A stretch of DNA of 34,338 nucleotides from contig JALAGF010004599.1 of the NCBI GenBank assembly GCA_030167865.1, positions 124,001-158,338 on the forward strand. The letters run 5' to 3'. Each line of letters begins with the position of its first letter. Position 1 is the first letter of the stretch. The translations under genes and the position numbers were made by a program. Shown in pieces: positions 1 through 12,650 of the stretch. Below the pieces are notes generated by a model. The model was not told the DNA's origin, ran no database searches, and saw only the letters and a program-made list of their open reading frames with translations. The stretch comes from Craspedostauros australis (lineage: Eukaryota).

Positions 1-1
1 G

Positions 2-3000
2 GCTGACGAAGTCGCGGAGATTGAACTGACTCGGTCCATATCCATTGAAGGCATCATGAGCTGGAGGAACATCGCTGACGCGCAAATGGAAATGGAAAAG
101 GCAAAGCACCAACTGAAGCAGCCAACCGAACAGAAGGGCTTGTTCTCCTCCCTCTTTGGCAGCAGCAAAGTGAACGCAACTTCGCAAGCGCAAGGTGCCG
201 GCGAAGATCCACCAGTCACACTGAGTGCTGAGGAGATGAAGGAGCTGGAGATGATGAACCGTCAGCAGATGGCAGAAGCCGATCTCTCACAGGATTCCAA
301 ACTCTGCGACCTCAAGCTCGTCCTGGATTCTCTCCAGGTCAACCTTTACGCGTACAACCTCAAGAACATAGCAGCGTTGAACCTGGGGAGCGTGTCCACA
401 TCCTTCAGCGCCAACGTGGATGGCGCGTTCGCCTTCGACTTCAAAATCTCGGACCTTGGCATCAAGGACAACATCACGCCTCAGTCGTTGTTCCCATCCA
501 TCCTGCGTCGCTCATCGTACAAAAGCGAAGTGTTAGGAAAGAATGACAAGGATGCATTCACCTTTTCCGCCGCCAAGGACCAGCATGGTGATCAGAAGCT
601 CACGATGAAATTGGACGCCTTTGAGGCAACCGCGTCGCCGAAATTGACTCGCGAAATCCACGCGTTCTTCCTCGCGCCTCATCTCGCCCCAACTCGCAAC
701 CAGACACTGCAAAATCCACTGCTGGCACAGTCGCTTTCTGGATCTGTCGATCTTTTCTACGATGCCGCCCCAGGCCCGAGTACTAGCATTGCAGAATTGC
801 CAACTGCCGGCGATGGCAGGGCAGCCTTGCTCCCGGAAAGGCAGGTAGCCAAGACTAACGACGATTGGGCCAACAGCATCGTCGAGGCATGGCAGCAAAA
901 AACCGAAAAGAAGAGCACGCTGGTGGTCGACATCGACATCATGGCGCCGATCCTCGTGGTGCCAGAATCGTGCACACATCCGAGTGGCAGCGTCCTAGTC
1001 TTCGACCTGGGACGATTGCGCTTGCAGTACGGCAAGATCGACCCTGCTCCAATGGTCAAGAGCTGGTGGGAGAAGAATCACATCGTGGCCAATGAAGATA
1101 CGATTCTAGACGGCGCGAGGCTGGAAATGTCCGACCTCAAGTTCTTCGTCTCGACCGTGCAGCATTGGCAGGATCAGTCAGCGACTGGCAATGCCGCCGG
1201 AGGTTCCCACGTGATCAACCCGATCACCCTGCGCCTTGACGCTGGAGTTGCAAGCCGTCTGGATCGAAGTGCCCCTCTGATTTGTGCTTTCGGCGTCGTC
1301 CCTTCCGTCAGCGTTGGGATTTCTCCCAAATCAGGCTCCCGTATCGTGACAGTCGTCGACAGCTGGAAATCGTTGCTCTCCGATGTCGCACTCGAAAGCG
1401 ATGATGACAACATCAGCAGCACTAATGGATTAGATACCTCGCCGCTCGCAGCAACACCCGCATTCCAACCAACCTCGCCTCACGAGAGCACCACTGGTAT
1501 TGCCGATCCTCGGCAGACTTCACCGTCAGCAAACAATGCCGCTGGAGCGAACATCGCAACGATCCATGTTGCATTGGATTTCGAGCAACTGGCAGCATCC
1601 ATCCTGGATGATAGCAACGTACCGCAGGTGCAGACCAAGCTGATCTCCGTGCGAACATCGTTCACCATCTTCTCGGAAGGCAACCAGGAAGGCCGATTAC
1701 AAATGGGATATTTCTGGGTTGTGGATCGCATGAAGTACAGCTTCGTGCGCAAACAAAGGCTCATAGCGCACTCAACGCTACCGGAGACTGATCTTTCCAA
1801 CAAAGACGACATCAGTTCATCGCTGGCACACTTGAAGGTGAAGGGTGGCAGGGGACAATCCACCGAGCTTGCAGATATCGTGTTCCGGATGAACTCGGCA
1901 GATGGTGGCGATGGCGGGCGTCGCATACACGAGAGCTCTTTGCACGCGAAGTTCACCAGCCTGTTCATCCACTGGAATCCAAGGGCCATGAAGCAGCTGG
2001 TGGGAGCAGCAGAAGCATTCCAAGAGCTCATCTTCGATGCTCAGGCCAGCCGCGCAAACAACAACTCTGTCATTGTTCCTCCCAACATCAACCTGAAGCG
2101 AGACTACGAACGCGAGAACCCTCCCACCAAATCGTCCTCGTCCACTCTCCGCGTATCAGCAGAAATGAAGAGCCTTGACATTTGCTTGAACTCTGCGTTG
2201 GATGACCTGCCGCTCTACATCGTGAGCCTGGGCGGGACGAAGGTCGACTTCCTCTCTTCCAACAATGAAACGATGACGGAGATCCAGCTCGGCATGATGC
2301 AGGTCGCCACTCACAACCTCGGCCAAACGAAGGCGGAATATCAAACGCTGCTGGGTCTCATGCCCAACGAATCAATGAACATCCTGGGGGTGCGATTCTT
2401 CACCGGTGCAATGATCCCGGAGACCCTTCGTGCCAGCAAGCACATCGGAGCCTCCACCGAAAGCGTGGCACAGGTGGACATATCGCCAGTCAAGCTGGTT
2501 TACATACAATCTCAGATCTTGGCATTCACGGAATACATCACGGAAGGCATCCTTGGAGCGCTGACAGCCCAGGCCGCCACGTCTGCCACTGAGGCCGCGA
2601 AAGAACTTGCGGCCAATGGAGCCAAGGACAAGGTCTTCTTGATCCACGCGGATGCATTCGACATCATCCTCCCGGAGGCCGCCACGAAGACGGAGCATCT
2701 TTCCATCAAGGTGGGAGATGTTTCAGTGTGTCACAAGATCCTTCCCCAGCCGGGCGGCGCCAACACGCAAATCCGACTCCAGGAGGTATCTTTAAGAGAT
2801 GATGCTGGCAATCTCCTGCAAGAGTCGCCCATCCACGCAAACATGAACGTCATACTTCCCGACGACAGCGTGGGTGACAAGGACGACCAGGCGATGAAGG
2901 TTGCAGTCGTCATATCTGATGCGAAATTCAAGCTGTCAAAGGTACAGTACGAAGGCTTCATGTCAACGCTCGGTGGCAATTTTGGGGACCCCAATCTGTA

Positions 3001-6000
3001 CTTGAGAGAAAAGTCTCTCATCGCATTCACACCATCGTCAACGCCGGCGGACGCGGCGAACAAGGCCAGCAGCGATAGCTACACTAGCAACGATGGCACC
3101 GGAGGCGGTGGCAGTGATAGCGGCACGGCGAGCGTTGCACAGGAAGCAAGAGGATATGCAAGGCATCGGATGTCTCATGCTGGCGTCGCTGTGGTTGAAA
3201 GGACGCAACGGTTGGTGCTGACGGCGCATATCAAGGAGCTCTCATTGCAATTGCTGTCCGAAGACTGCTCAGGTGGTTTGGCGTCCATCGCAGCCGTTGA
3301 CACCCAGATAAAGCTGATGCAATACCCGGACATGTTGAAGCAGTGCTGGGAAGTTGTTCTCAGGAATTTGATCTGTGAAGATCAACGAGAGATCGCTGCT
3401 GGTCGGCATTTCCGCTACCTCATGCAGCAGCGGGCCAATTCCAATGAATCGGGCACCATCAGCCAAGAAGATTTGTTTCGCATGAAGTACACAACCGAAG
3501 TCGGTTCATCCGATATCGAACTCTTCATTGGAACGCCGCAAATAACTCTGATCCCTGATGCGATTGCTGATATCGCCCACTTCTTCGAGGGACCGGATGC
3601 CCAGAACGAATGGAATGACAGCACACACTCCAATCTGGATGACAATGGCGACGATAACATGGGGCAAAGAGCGTTTCCGCAATTTGCGGACAACAAGCCT
3701 GGTTCTGACCCATATCCAATCCAACCAGATGGGGTCGCGGACACTGCGTACATCGGCATGAGTCACGCCAAGATCCAAAGCAAGGAGTGCAGCATCCTGC
3801 TGGTGGATCTCGGCAGCCAATTACAAGCTAAGAGCGATTCCGGACTCGATAACAGCCGCAACAACAACGGCAGCAACAGCAGCAGCAATGCGGGTGAAGT
3901 CATCGCCATCGAGGGTATCTTCATGTGCAACGTGTCCACAACCACCGATCTGGTGACGAAGCAGCAAACCGATGCGCAAGTGGAATACAACGGCGACTCG
4001 GTGCAGGTGTACACCGCCTTTGGACATGACCTCATCAACCCAACGCAAGTTCTGGACCCAACAGATTTGTCGGCGCACTTCTCCATGAGCACGACTCCCG
4101 CTGGTGTCAAGCTGTACGAAGTGAGAGCGGCCACGTTATCACATGTCGATGTCGTCTTTTCGATGCACGATGCTGCGTTGTTGAATTCCATACTCTCCAG
4201 TCTGAACGACTTCAAACAGGGCGGTCAAAGCCAGAGCACTATCGACACTCCACACGCTGCACTCAATCTAGATGAGACCAAGCGCATTGAGAAGCTGGCC
4301 CATGCGCTTGAGAGCGCCGACGAGAACGACGCTTCAACCGTCCAGTCTCAGTCAGATGACACCTCCGTTACAAGGTCTTCGTCGATGCCGAGCGTGCAAT
4401 TGAGTAGCAACGAAATCGACACCAAGATCCAGGTTCAATTGACTGTGTCATCAGCCCGTATGACGCTCGTCAATGACCTCCAAGGTCTGGACGAGGCGCT
4501 GTTGCGGGTTGCTCTGAGCAACTTTGTGACCAAGGCAACCACCGCGCTCAACTTGGAGATGATGGCAGGCATAGGCACAGACACAGTAGCAAGTTCAAAC
4601 ACATCAAACGGTCCACTGCTTGATGCGAACCTCAGCACATCTATATTGGCAGACTACTTTGATCCATCCACAGGACGGTGGACGAAGCTGCTGATTGAGC
4701 CATGGGAGATCTCGTTGAAGGCCAACCGATCACAGGTCCAACGAGCCGAATCATCCGGCCGTCTTCACACTGTCGTTGATCTGGAGTCCTTCCCGTGCAG
4801 ACTCTCGCTTTCTGATCAGTTCCTGATGAGTGTGGCCAGCTCAAAGCAATTGTGGAAGATCTATTCTCAACTGGTGGAGGAACCCAATTCGCACATCGAC
4901 AATACGGGGACTGGAGGCATGCCTGCGGATCCAACCCTGCGCCGAAGCATCGTGTCCAGCGTGGCCAGAAATCTGGTGACATCTTTACCGTACGCCATCG
5001 ACAACCAAACGGGTCTTGATATCACATTCACTGTTTCGGGACTCGCAAACAGACCTCGTGTCTGTTCGCATGGTGATCTGCACTACTTCCGCTTCGACCC
5101 GCCAAGAACGAACGGCTGCGGCGGCAAACGGCAGTATGGGCAAGATGTGTCGTTCCAGAAGTCGGTCAAAGTCGAAGTGTCTGGGGAAACGTTCGACATC
5201 ACAGACATCGACCATCGTCTCGACGATTCCTGGCAGTCGCATGAGCTGGGTGGCAATGCCGTGTTATTCACGAGGGTGAAGAAGTTCGGCAAGACGACGG
5301 TAAGTTCACTCTGCCATGCGTCTGGACGAGTGTTGCAATGTTCTATCACTGTGCTATTCTTTGCTACCGTTGTGCTGCTGCTGCTGCTGTTGCTGCCCTT
5401 GCACTTTCGGTTGTCGATTGTACCAGTATTGTATGGACGCGACACACTTTGCGCAATCGGTTGCATTTCGGCGCTGCAATTCGTCTATTGACACGAGCAC
5501 AATCTAACCCAGATAGAGAGACTTTCCTATTCTCTGCTCCGCTGTCACTGCAGCTTCTCCATGTCACAAGTTGCGTCCAGATCAAGAACAGCACTGCCAT
5601 CCCGTTCCACATCTCCATCCAAAATGGCGACTACTTCCAAAATGTCGGCCTGTGCAAATCACGAAAGTCTAAGGAGGGCAAGGAGAGGATGGCGCAGGCC
5701 ACAAGCATCGATTCCAACAACCCCCACGTTCCATCATCAAGTTTCAGCCTTCCCGCGTCTCTGCTTGGCGCATTCTCAGACGCATATTACTCCGAGAAGG
5801 AGACGAGCACAGTCATTGGGATTATTCCAGACCTCACAAACACCCAAAGCAGAAGCAGCGAGACCCTTTTTGGATCACTTTCCATCAGACCTTGCCTTCA
5901 ACAGCTGAAGTCGTCGTCTCGCACCAAAGCATCGGCAATCTTCGATATCATATGCAGAAATGTCATGGGCGTCCAAAGTGGAACCAATGCCGCTTCCTCT

Positions 6001-9000
6001 TTGCAACCGAACAAGTCAAGCGACCCATTCGTCTTGCAGGCCTTCGTAACACACACACTTGTGGATCAGAAGTTCACTTCGATGTGCATCGAATTGCTGC
6101 CACGGGCGGTGCTGCAGAACAAGTTGCCAATCAAGGTGCAAATACGAACGCCGATGCCACACATCTACATCGAGGATGCAGACAATTCAGCGACAGCTGG
6201 TGACATCGCAGTCGTCATTCTGGATCAGGACGATCGACTTGAGATCTTTACGCCCGGCCCTTCCATCGCGGTCATCGCAAAACCGGCAGAAAGTCTGGTC
6301 GGAGGCACTGGCTTGAGTTGGATGAGCGGGGGCTGGATCGACCTACCGCTCGTCTCAGAATTTCAGCTTCCTGAACCGCTTGGCTGCCTGTTCCCATTCG
6401 TGTCCAATCAGCAGGGTCAGCAGCGGTCTGCCGTTGCCCTTGGAAGTGAATGCTTCATTGTCGAAGGCTTTGACATGCTCAAGAATCTGTCAGCCATGTG
6501 TTCCACGCAGAAATTTCAAAAGGAAGAATCGAATGGGGGACCGCTTGACAAGCGCAAAACCGTCCATGCCTTTTTCATCACGACATGCAACTACGCTCTT
6601 GATCACACGGGTGATCTTCTATTCCAGCAGGTTACCGAAACCGAAGCGAAACGCCAGAGAAATTCAATTACACGGGCATCCCATGCGCTGAGACGAACCT
6701 CGAATGCTGTCCCTAATTCGAAACCATTTGGTGCTTTCGCAACGGAAAAGCACCAGCATCGCCTATCGCTGCTCCCCAACGCACAAAATTCCTTTCTGCA
6801 GCTTGTGAAGTTGACGATGGACCATGCTGAGGGGATGCAGCGCAGTGCCGTAAGTCGTTTGTGTCGCATTCTGATACCAATCCCGATTTCTGTGTGTACT
6901 GCGACGTTCTCCTCTCCGTTTGTTGATCTTTCTCCCTACCCACGTCTGCATCAAGTGCACTCATGCAGGCGGAAAGCATTGCCCTGCATGGACCGTTGCC
7001 GAGTACAATACGTACATTTTGTTGATGTCATGCCGAAAAAATGAAGTGCAGCGAAGTGAAGTTTGAGTGTGGATTTGATGCCAACGTCCACCTTCCCTCA
7101 CACCTCTGCCGCGTTCAATTCTAACTCGACCACCATACTCGTGCGAGGACAATATTTTGCTTCTCTGCTTTGCCAAATATGAAAATCTATTCACCGTCTC
7201 TTTCAGCCCTTCCAAATCGAAGAAGCCCCTCTCAGCAGCGGGGGTTTGGATTCGCTACCTGTGCTGTGGGAGACAGGTGACCCGTCCGGTTACTTCGCGT
7301 ACCGCAAGCTCATCAACGAACATCAGTGTGAGGTACACTTCATCCCAGAGTTCTACATCTACAATGGAAACTCGACGACTGTCCTTATTTACGAAGCCAA
7401 CCATCCCGAGATAATCGTGGAATCAGGCAAGGCGGTGCCGCTGCGCGTGGCATCTCGTCCTGACGGGGTCCAGTTGGCATTCACCTTCATTGAAAATGGT
7501 TGCAGCACAGCCTTCCTGAGTGTCAACGACCTCGGCATGATCGTTGCCATCGTGAAATCGAGGGAAGGGTACTCAGTCGGTAGTGTGGCCATCCAGACAG
7601 CGATCGATACCATTGGCAACGCCTGTCTCGTGATCAAGATCGGAGAAATGAAGTTTGGCACACAGGTTCTGCACAGTGAAGGCAATCGATCCAATCTTCT
7701 GAGGAATGACTTCATTCGCTATCGCGTGAGGTGGACTGCGCTCTCCATCACACTGAACAAGAAGATCGTAACATCGGATGAACCAGCAACAACTCAAGCC
7801 ATGTCACCGAATGTGCCAACAGGCGATCTACTGGGTTTCGGAAATATCCCGACGGACGCGGCCACGACACGTCGATCGTCCGTCATCGCACTGACTGGCG
7901 ATGAGCCCGTAGCCACAGTGTCGCTCAACAGGTTCACAGTGGACTACCAACGCATCTTCGATGACAGGCAGAAGACGAAGGCATCATCTCAAAGCCGGAA
8001 ATCGCAAGAGAGGACGCAGATATCGCTGATCGCGCATGAAATCCAGGTCAAAGACGAGAGCAAGAATTCCGCGTATCCGATCGTGGTTGGGTGCTCAAAC
8101 AAAGTGAGCTTCCTGGACCTTTGCATACGTCTCAGAGGATCCTTGAGCGCAGATGTCATCCGAGTGGATTTGTTCGATCTCAACCTTGCGCATGTCAATG
8201 GTAGCACCGAAAAGATAGTCTTGAACACAGATGAAGAGTTCGTGTGGAAGCTGCTGGACGTGGTCCACGAGATCGGCACAGCAACGGAGGAGGTTGGTCA
8301 CATGGTGTGGAAAATAGAGCCTGACCAGCAACATGGTGGGTACAAGATTCGGGTCGAGCAATCCAAGGGCCTGGAGACAACATCTTACACCCCGCCAACA
8401 ACTGACCAGCTGTACAGCATCGCCCACACCCGAGTCTCGCCATTCACCTTGCTGGTGAGCTTCAAGCGCAACCCTCAGGCATCGAGATACCGTGGCGCGC
8501 GCGGCACAAAGGGCGCAGCGATGCTCAAGTACTTCACCCAACGCTTGAAATTCCAGATCGACAGAGCCGAATTGAAATTCGGGAGGTATTCAGATCGCAC
8601 CCTCAGGGGTCCGCCAGATCGACTGATGGAGTCACTCGCGGCGGTGTACATGTCTCGGATGAAGTTCAAGATAATCAAGATCCTAAGCGCGGCGAGTATT
8701 CAGGATTGGAAGTACCTTGCTGCAAGAGACAACGGTGACGACGAGTACGTGGAAGGGGATATCCTTCGAGCCACAGGTCATTTGTCCGGCAAGACTGTTG
8801 GGTACGTTTTCAAAAAGGCCAGTCGAGGCCTTGGAGATGGAATTAGCGGGATGACCCGCGCTCTCGGCAACACGATCGAATCATCATCAGACACCGTGGG
8901 AGTTGGGAGGCTTGGCGTTGGCGTGAACAATGTCGTCAGTGGAGTAGGCGATGGAGTCGGAAGTACGATTTCAGGAGGTAAGACTGCTCGTATGGCATCT

Positions 9001-9547
9001 GGAGCATGCATGCTATCTTGTGGTGTATGCATGAATACTACTCGTACGACGGTGCTTCCACTCACATATCCCATCTGATTTGATTCAACGTTTGTGCACA
9101 TTCTTCGCCATTGATACCATGCGTACGAATACGCTACGACTACGACTACGTTATCGTGCGGCACCATCCTATTTCCTACTACGTATTGGCACTTGTATGA
9201 AAGTGGGAACGGGTGTTGGTCAGGTGCTCAAAGGCTCTGGCCAAGGCCTCGGTCACATGGTTGGCGGCGTGGCCGGAGGTGTCATGATGGTCGGCAAAGG
9301 CATTGGGAAAGGCATCGTCGACGCTGATGGCAAGGCCATGGTGGATGGATTCAAGAAGGGCGGAAAGGCGATCGGCGGCGGTGTTGGCCAAGGCGTCGAA
9401 TCTGCCATCATGGGAACAGCAGACGGCGTCATGTCCGCAGGCAAAGGACTCTTTTCCGGCTTGAGGAGCGTTGGAAAGGGGATCGGAGGCGCAGTGACTG
9501 GAAAGAGGTCTTCCCGTCAAGATGGCGCGCAGCGTGGAAGACGATGA
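2..9547 (+). CDS. VPS13: VPS13-family bridge-like lipid transfer protein, 5'-partial. Predicted exons <2-5299, 5554-6849, 7207-8977, 9204-9547 (about 2900 aa in the window)
   Basis: Four long ORFs join in frame through GT..AG introns: 5300-5553 (GTAAGT..CAG), 6850-7206 (GTAAGT..TTTCAG), 8978-9203 (GTAAGA..AAG, phase 1). VPS13-like motifs: DIDIMAPILVVPE...LVFDLGRL repeat, ADYFDPSTGRWTKLLIEPW, PYAIDNQTG, LQNKLP, and a Gly-rich ATG2_C-like C-terminus. The frame is open to position 2, so the start lies upstream of the window. Confidence 0.88.
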
Positions 9548-9936
9548 ACGCCCTACATTTGATCGATTTGCATCGCGCTGGTGTAAGAGGCACAGGCACA
9601 GTCGCTCGAGGGTACCGCAGAGGAGATGGGCGTGCAATCCCAATTGTGCTGGACCATGTCCCAACTGCCCCGTGCTCTCTAGAGTATCGTGGTTCCGCAG
9701 GAAAAGAACAAGACAAGACCAGACCCATGGTGTGGCAAGCAAAGGACGAGTTTTGCCAACGTACCTACTCGTAATTGTGGATCAAATCCGTGCACAACAA
9801 GAAGAATGCTCCTTCCTCTCCGCAAAATTACGAGCTTGGAGTGAAGTTTGATCCGGTTCATGTTTGCGACATCCCCAGTCACACTCGTACTCATGCGTTT
9901 GTGTGGAGCAATCTAGTGTGCTTTGTTGGAATAGTC

Positions 9937-11922
9937 TTACTCTCCATTACATGACGTCTGCAGCTTCTTCGCCACAAAATGGACGCTGTGGTAGACCATG
10001 TTCATCATGGATCGTCTGTCCGCGGTGTACAAGCACTTCATGGCAGTCTTTTCCTCCACGAATTCGAAGCCGACGTTCAAGATGATCTCGCGAATGTCCT
10101 CGTAACACAGATCGATGCTGGTCATGTAGCGCTTGTCGAGGAAGGAGAAACGCGATTGGTAGCTCTCGAAGTCCTTATCATCCGGCCTCATGGCAGGGCC
10201 GGACCAGTGATAGAGCAACGGTCCGAAGTTGATGAACACCCCTCCTGGTCTCAGCATGTGATGCACGAGACGAATGACCTCGATGACGTTGGGGCATGCA
10301 TCGAGGAAGAAGCAGCAAACGACTGCATCCCACTTGCCGGCTTCCTTGGGGTGGCTGTATATCGACAGAAATTCCCCGGCTGCCATTGAGAACTGGATGG
10401 ACTCCTCACCTTCCTCCACGTCGCTGAGAATGCTATACGGGTCGATATCCGGAACATAAACCTGCCGGCATGGATCGTTGGGACCGTGCACGTTCCGCGA
10501 TTCGAGCAGCCATGGCGATATACTCAACGGTTGCTCGGCATTCAAAATGCCACCATTGAGGATGAAATCGGATGCGAGAAGCATGTGAAGCGAGAATTCA
10601 TTGCCTTGTACGCAATATCCAAGCCCTGCCAAATCGAAGGCCAGCCGACTCACTCCTGCAAGGGTTGACAAGCGATAGTGGAAGTGCCACATAGCAGAGA
10701 TGGAGGCATAAGAGAGAGAGAGAGAGATGACGCATGCACAGAGGGATGGGTGAGAGAAGAGGGTCATAAATCCTTCGACAGCGAAGCTTCCACCTATGAA
10801 CGGGATAGTGCGTTGAAAGTTGCGGGGAGCACAAGGTGGCTTCCAACTATGCAAGATGCAGCAGCCATGCAGTACTCGTGTGGAGACCTTACCTGCACCG
10901 GGGACGCATATCCTTGGCCTTGGCCCTCTTTGTGATTTCTGTGGTTGCGGGATGAATCGTTTGACCTGCTCGATGAGCGGCGCGTATGCCATGTTGCGTT
11001 CCGTAGCGTCATTGGACCAATCTCTGGCAATGGACTTGAGGACTGAGGAGACCTTGCTGACCTGGCCATCCGTGACGAAGGCGGTCGCCGTCGTGATCTG
11101 TTGCGAATGGGGCACGCCAGCATGACGAAGGATGCAGTCGAGGAGGAACTGATTGCGAATGACCGCCTCCTTCCAGTTTTTGGCCCTTGCATGGAATTCA
11201 GCGGAGTCCCTTTTGAGCGCTCTCGGTAGCAGCCGCTGTTGATCCTCCGGAAGTGCGTGGACGCGGTATTGTTGATTGGCCCACATGTTCATCGCGAAGG
11301 TGGCATACTGTCGGTACGCCTTGCAAACATCACCAAAGTGATTGGTCTCGGTTTCGTTGTGCCTCATGTACGTTTGGTAGGCGAGAGAGAGCGAGTGCAA
11401 CTCATTTTCTTCCCTCGGAGCACGCTGTGGTTGTTGCTCGTTTTGATGTTGGTGTTGTTCGTGTTGTTGCTGTTGATGCTGCCGTTGACGATGCTGCTGA
11501 TGATGTTGCTGCTGTGGCGAGTGCTGTGATGGATCGTTGGTATGACGGTGGTTTCCAATATTGTGAGTGTGATTCTGGGCGTCATGATGTGGGTGTGGGT
11601 GTGGATGTGCATGTTGGCGATGGCTGCGATGCTGTGCTTGCTGTCCATTGGATGTGCCATTTTCATGACTGTGTGGACGATCATGTTCATGACCAATTTG
11701 TTGAGACTGCCCATTCGTTGCCGGTGCTTTCTCCACTGTTGCTGACATGGCGGCTGCCATCGGTGTTGCTGTTGCTGTTGCTGATGTTGGTGCTGTTGAT
11801 GTTGATGTTGGTGCTGTTGATGTTGATGTTGATGTTGATGTTGATGCTGGTGCTGGTGCTGTTGCTGGTGCTGTTGCCAGTGATGGTTCTGAGTCCATCG
11901 CGTCGCCGTTGTTTTTGTTCAT
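9937..11922 (-). CDS. CARNMT1: Carnosine N-methyltransferase / N2227-family SAM-dependent histidine methyltransferase. Exons 11922-10893 and 10655-9937 (alternative ATG at 11898)
   Basis: Motifs KVSSVLKSIARDWS, ICVPGAG|VSRL (SAM motif I, restored by removing the GTAAGG..TGCAG intron at 10892-10656), QGNEFSLHML, FSMAAGEF, WDAVVCCFFLD and INFGPLLYHW. Long low-complexity N-terminus. Confidence 0.9.
   Translation of the reverse strand: MNKNNGDAMDSEPSLATAPATAPAPASTSTSTSTSTAPTSTSTAPTSATATATPMAAAMSATVEKAPATNGQSQQIGHEHDRPHSHENGTSNGQQAQHRSHRQHAHPHPHPHHDAQNHTHNIGNHRHTNDPSQHSPQQQHHQQHRQRQHQQQQHEQHQHQNEQQPQRAPREENELHSLSLAYQTYMRHNETETNHFGDVCKAYRQYATFAMNMWANQQYRVHALPEDQQRLLPRALKRDSAEFHARAKNWKEAVIRNQFLLDCILRHAGVPHSQQITTATAFVTDGQVSKVSSVLKSIARDWSNDATERNMAYAPLIEQVKRFIPQPQKSQRGPRPRICVPGAGKVSTRVLHGCCILHSWKPPCAPRNFQRTIPFIGGSFAVEGFMTLFSHPSLCACVISLSLSYASISAMWHFHYRLSTLAGVSRLAFDLAGLGYCVQGNEFSLHMLLASDFILNGGILNAEQPLSISPWLLESRNVHGPNDPCRQVYVPDIDPYSILSDVEEGEESIQFSMAAGEFLSIYSHPKEAGKWDAVVCCFFLDACPNVIEVIRLVHHMLRPGGVFINFGPLLYHWSGPAMRPDDKDFESYQSRFSFLDKRYMTSIDLCYEDIREIILNVGFEFVEEKTAMKCLYTADRRSMMNMVYHSVHFVAKKLQTSCNGE
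11763..11878. repeat. Coding hexanucleotide microsatellite field (GTTGAT/GGTGCT/GTTGCT)n encoding Thr-Ser/Ala-Pro-Thr runs in the CARNMT1 N-terminus
   Basis: Directly visible; translates on - as APATAPAPASTSTSTSTSTAPTSTSTAPTSATATAT. Confidence 0.85.
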
Positions 11923-12650
11923 GATGCATGTCAAACATACTAGAACGATGTCAAACGTCCACTTGTCAGAGTATGTCAGGGTTGGTATGGCTTGTTGCAC
12001 TTGTTGGTTACTCTTGGGGTCGCTGTCATGGTGTTTTCAACTGGCTTGTTCGATTTGGTGGCATCAGGATGCACTGTTGTTGCTGCTGTTGCTGTTGAGT
12101 TCGATTTTGTTCTTGGCGATAATGTACTCGAACTGGTCAACACAAGTCGACTTTCTTGCGTTGCTTGTAGTCGATTTGGTCAATCATTAATAGTGGGCCA
12201 ACGCACACGGCCACACAGATGACGTCATCAGGTGGTGATGACGAAGCATTGTTGGAACAACAACACAAAAGCGGAACAAATCTTCAACAACACGCAAAAC
12301 CACCGCAACAACCGCGCCTCACCAAAAACCGAACCAGATCGCTTTTTGCCTGGTGTGCTGTGCGTGTTGCTTTCGTCACACATCCGCCACCAACCACACC
12401 AACATACACACACACAGCTGCATTGCTCCACATTCACAAGCAAGATCAGACCCCATCACAACCGCTCCACAACGCTCTCCTCTACTCTACTCTGCTTGAC
12501 TCTGCCCCACTCTGCCCTGCTCTATTCGTGCTCCACTCCGAACAGAAACTCCTTCACTTCAAGCCATCAGCTGCAGGTGATACTCGCATCAGTCCTCCAG
12601 CTGCAAAACACACACGACCGACGACAACGAACGAATTAGCAAACGCAAGA
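11923..12650. promoter_or_regulatory. Putative bidirectional promoter region between the divergent CARNMT1 and Mpv17-family genes
   Basis: Head-to-head start codons about 730 bp apart, with CA-rich leaders facing each gene. Based on position only; no specific element identified. Confidence 0.45.

Noticed and set aside
5300..5491. Hydrophobic transmembrane-like tail at the end of the 1811-aa ORF
   Set aside because: It is readthrough into intron 1 of VPS13 across a (CTG)n repeat.
11239..12222. Plus-strand hydrophobic or repetitive ORFs opposite CARNMT1
   Set aside because: Antisense shadows of microsatellite-rich coding sequence.
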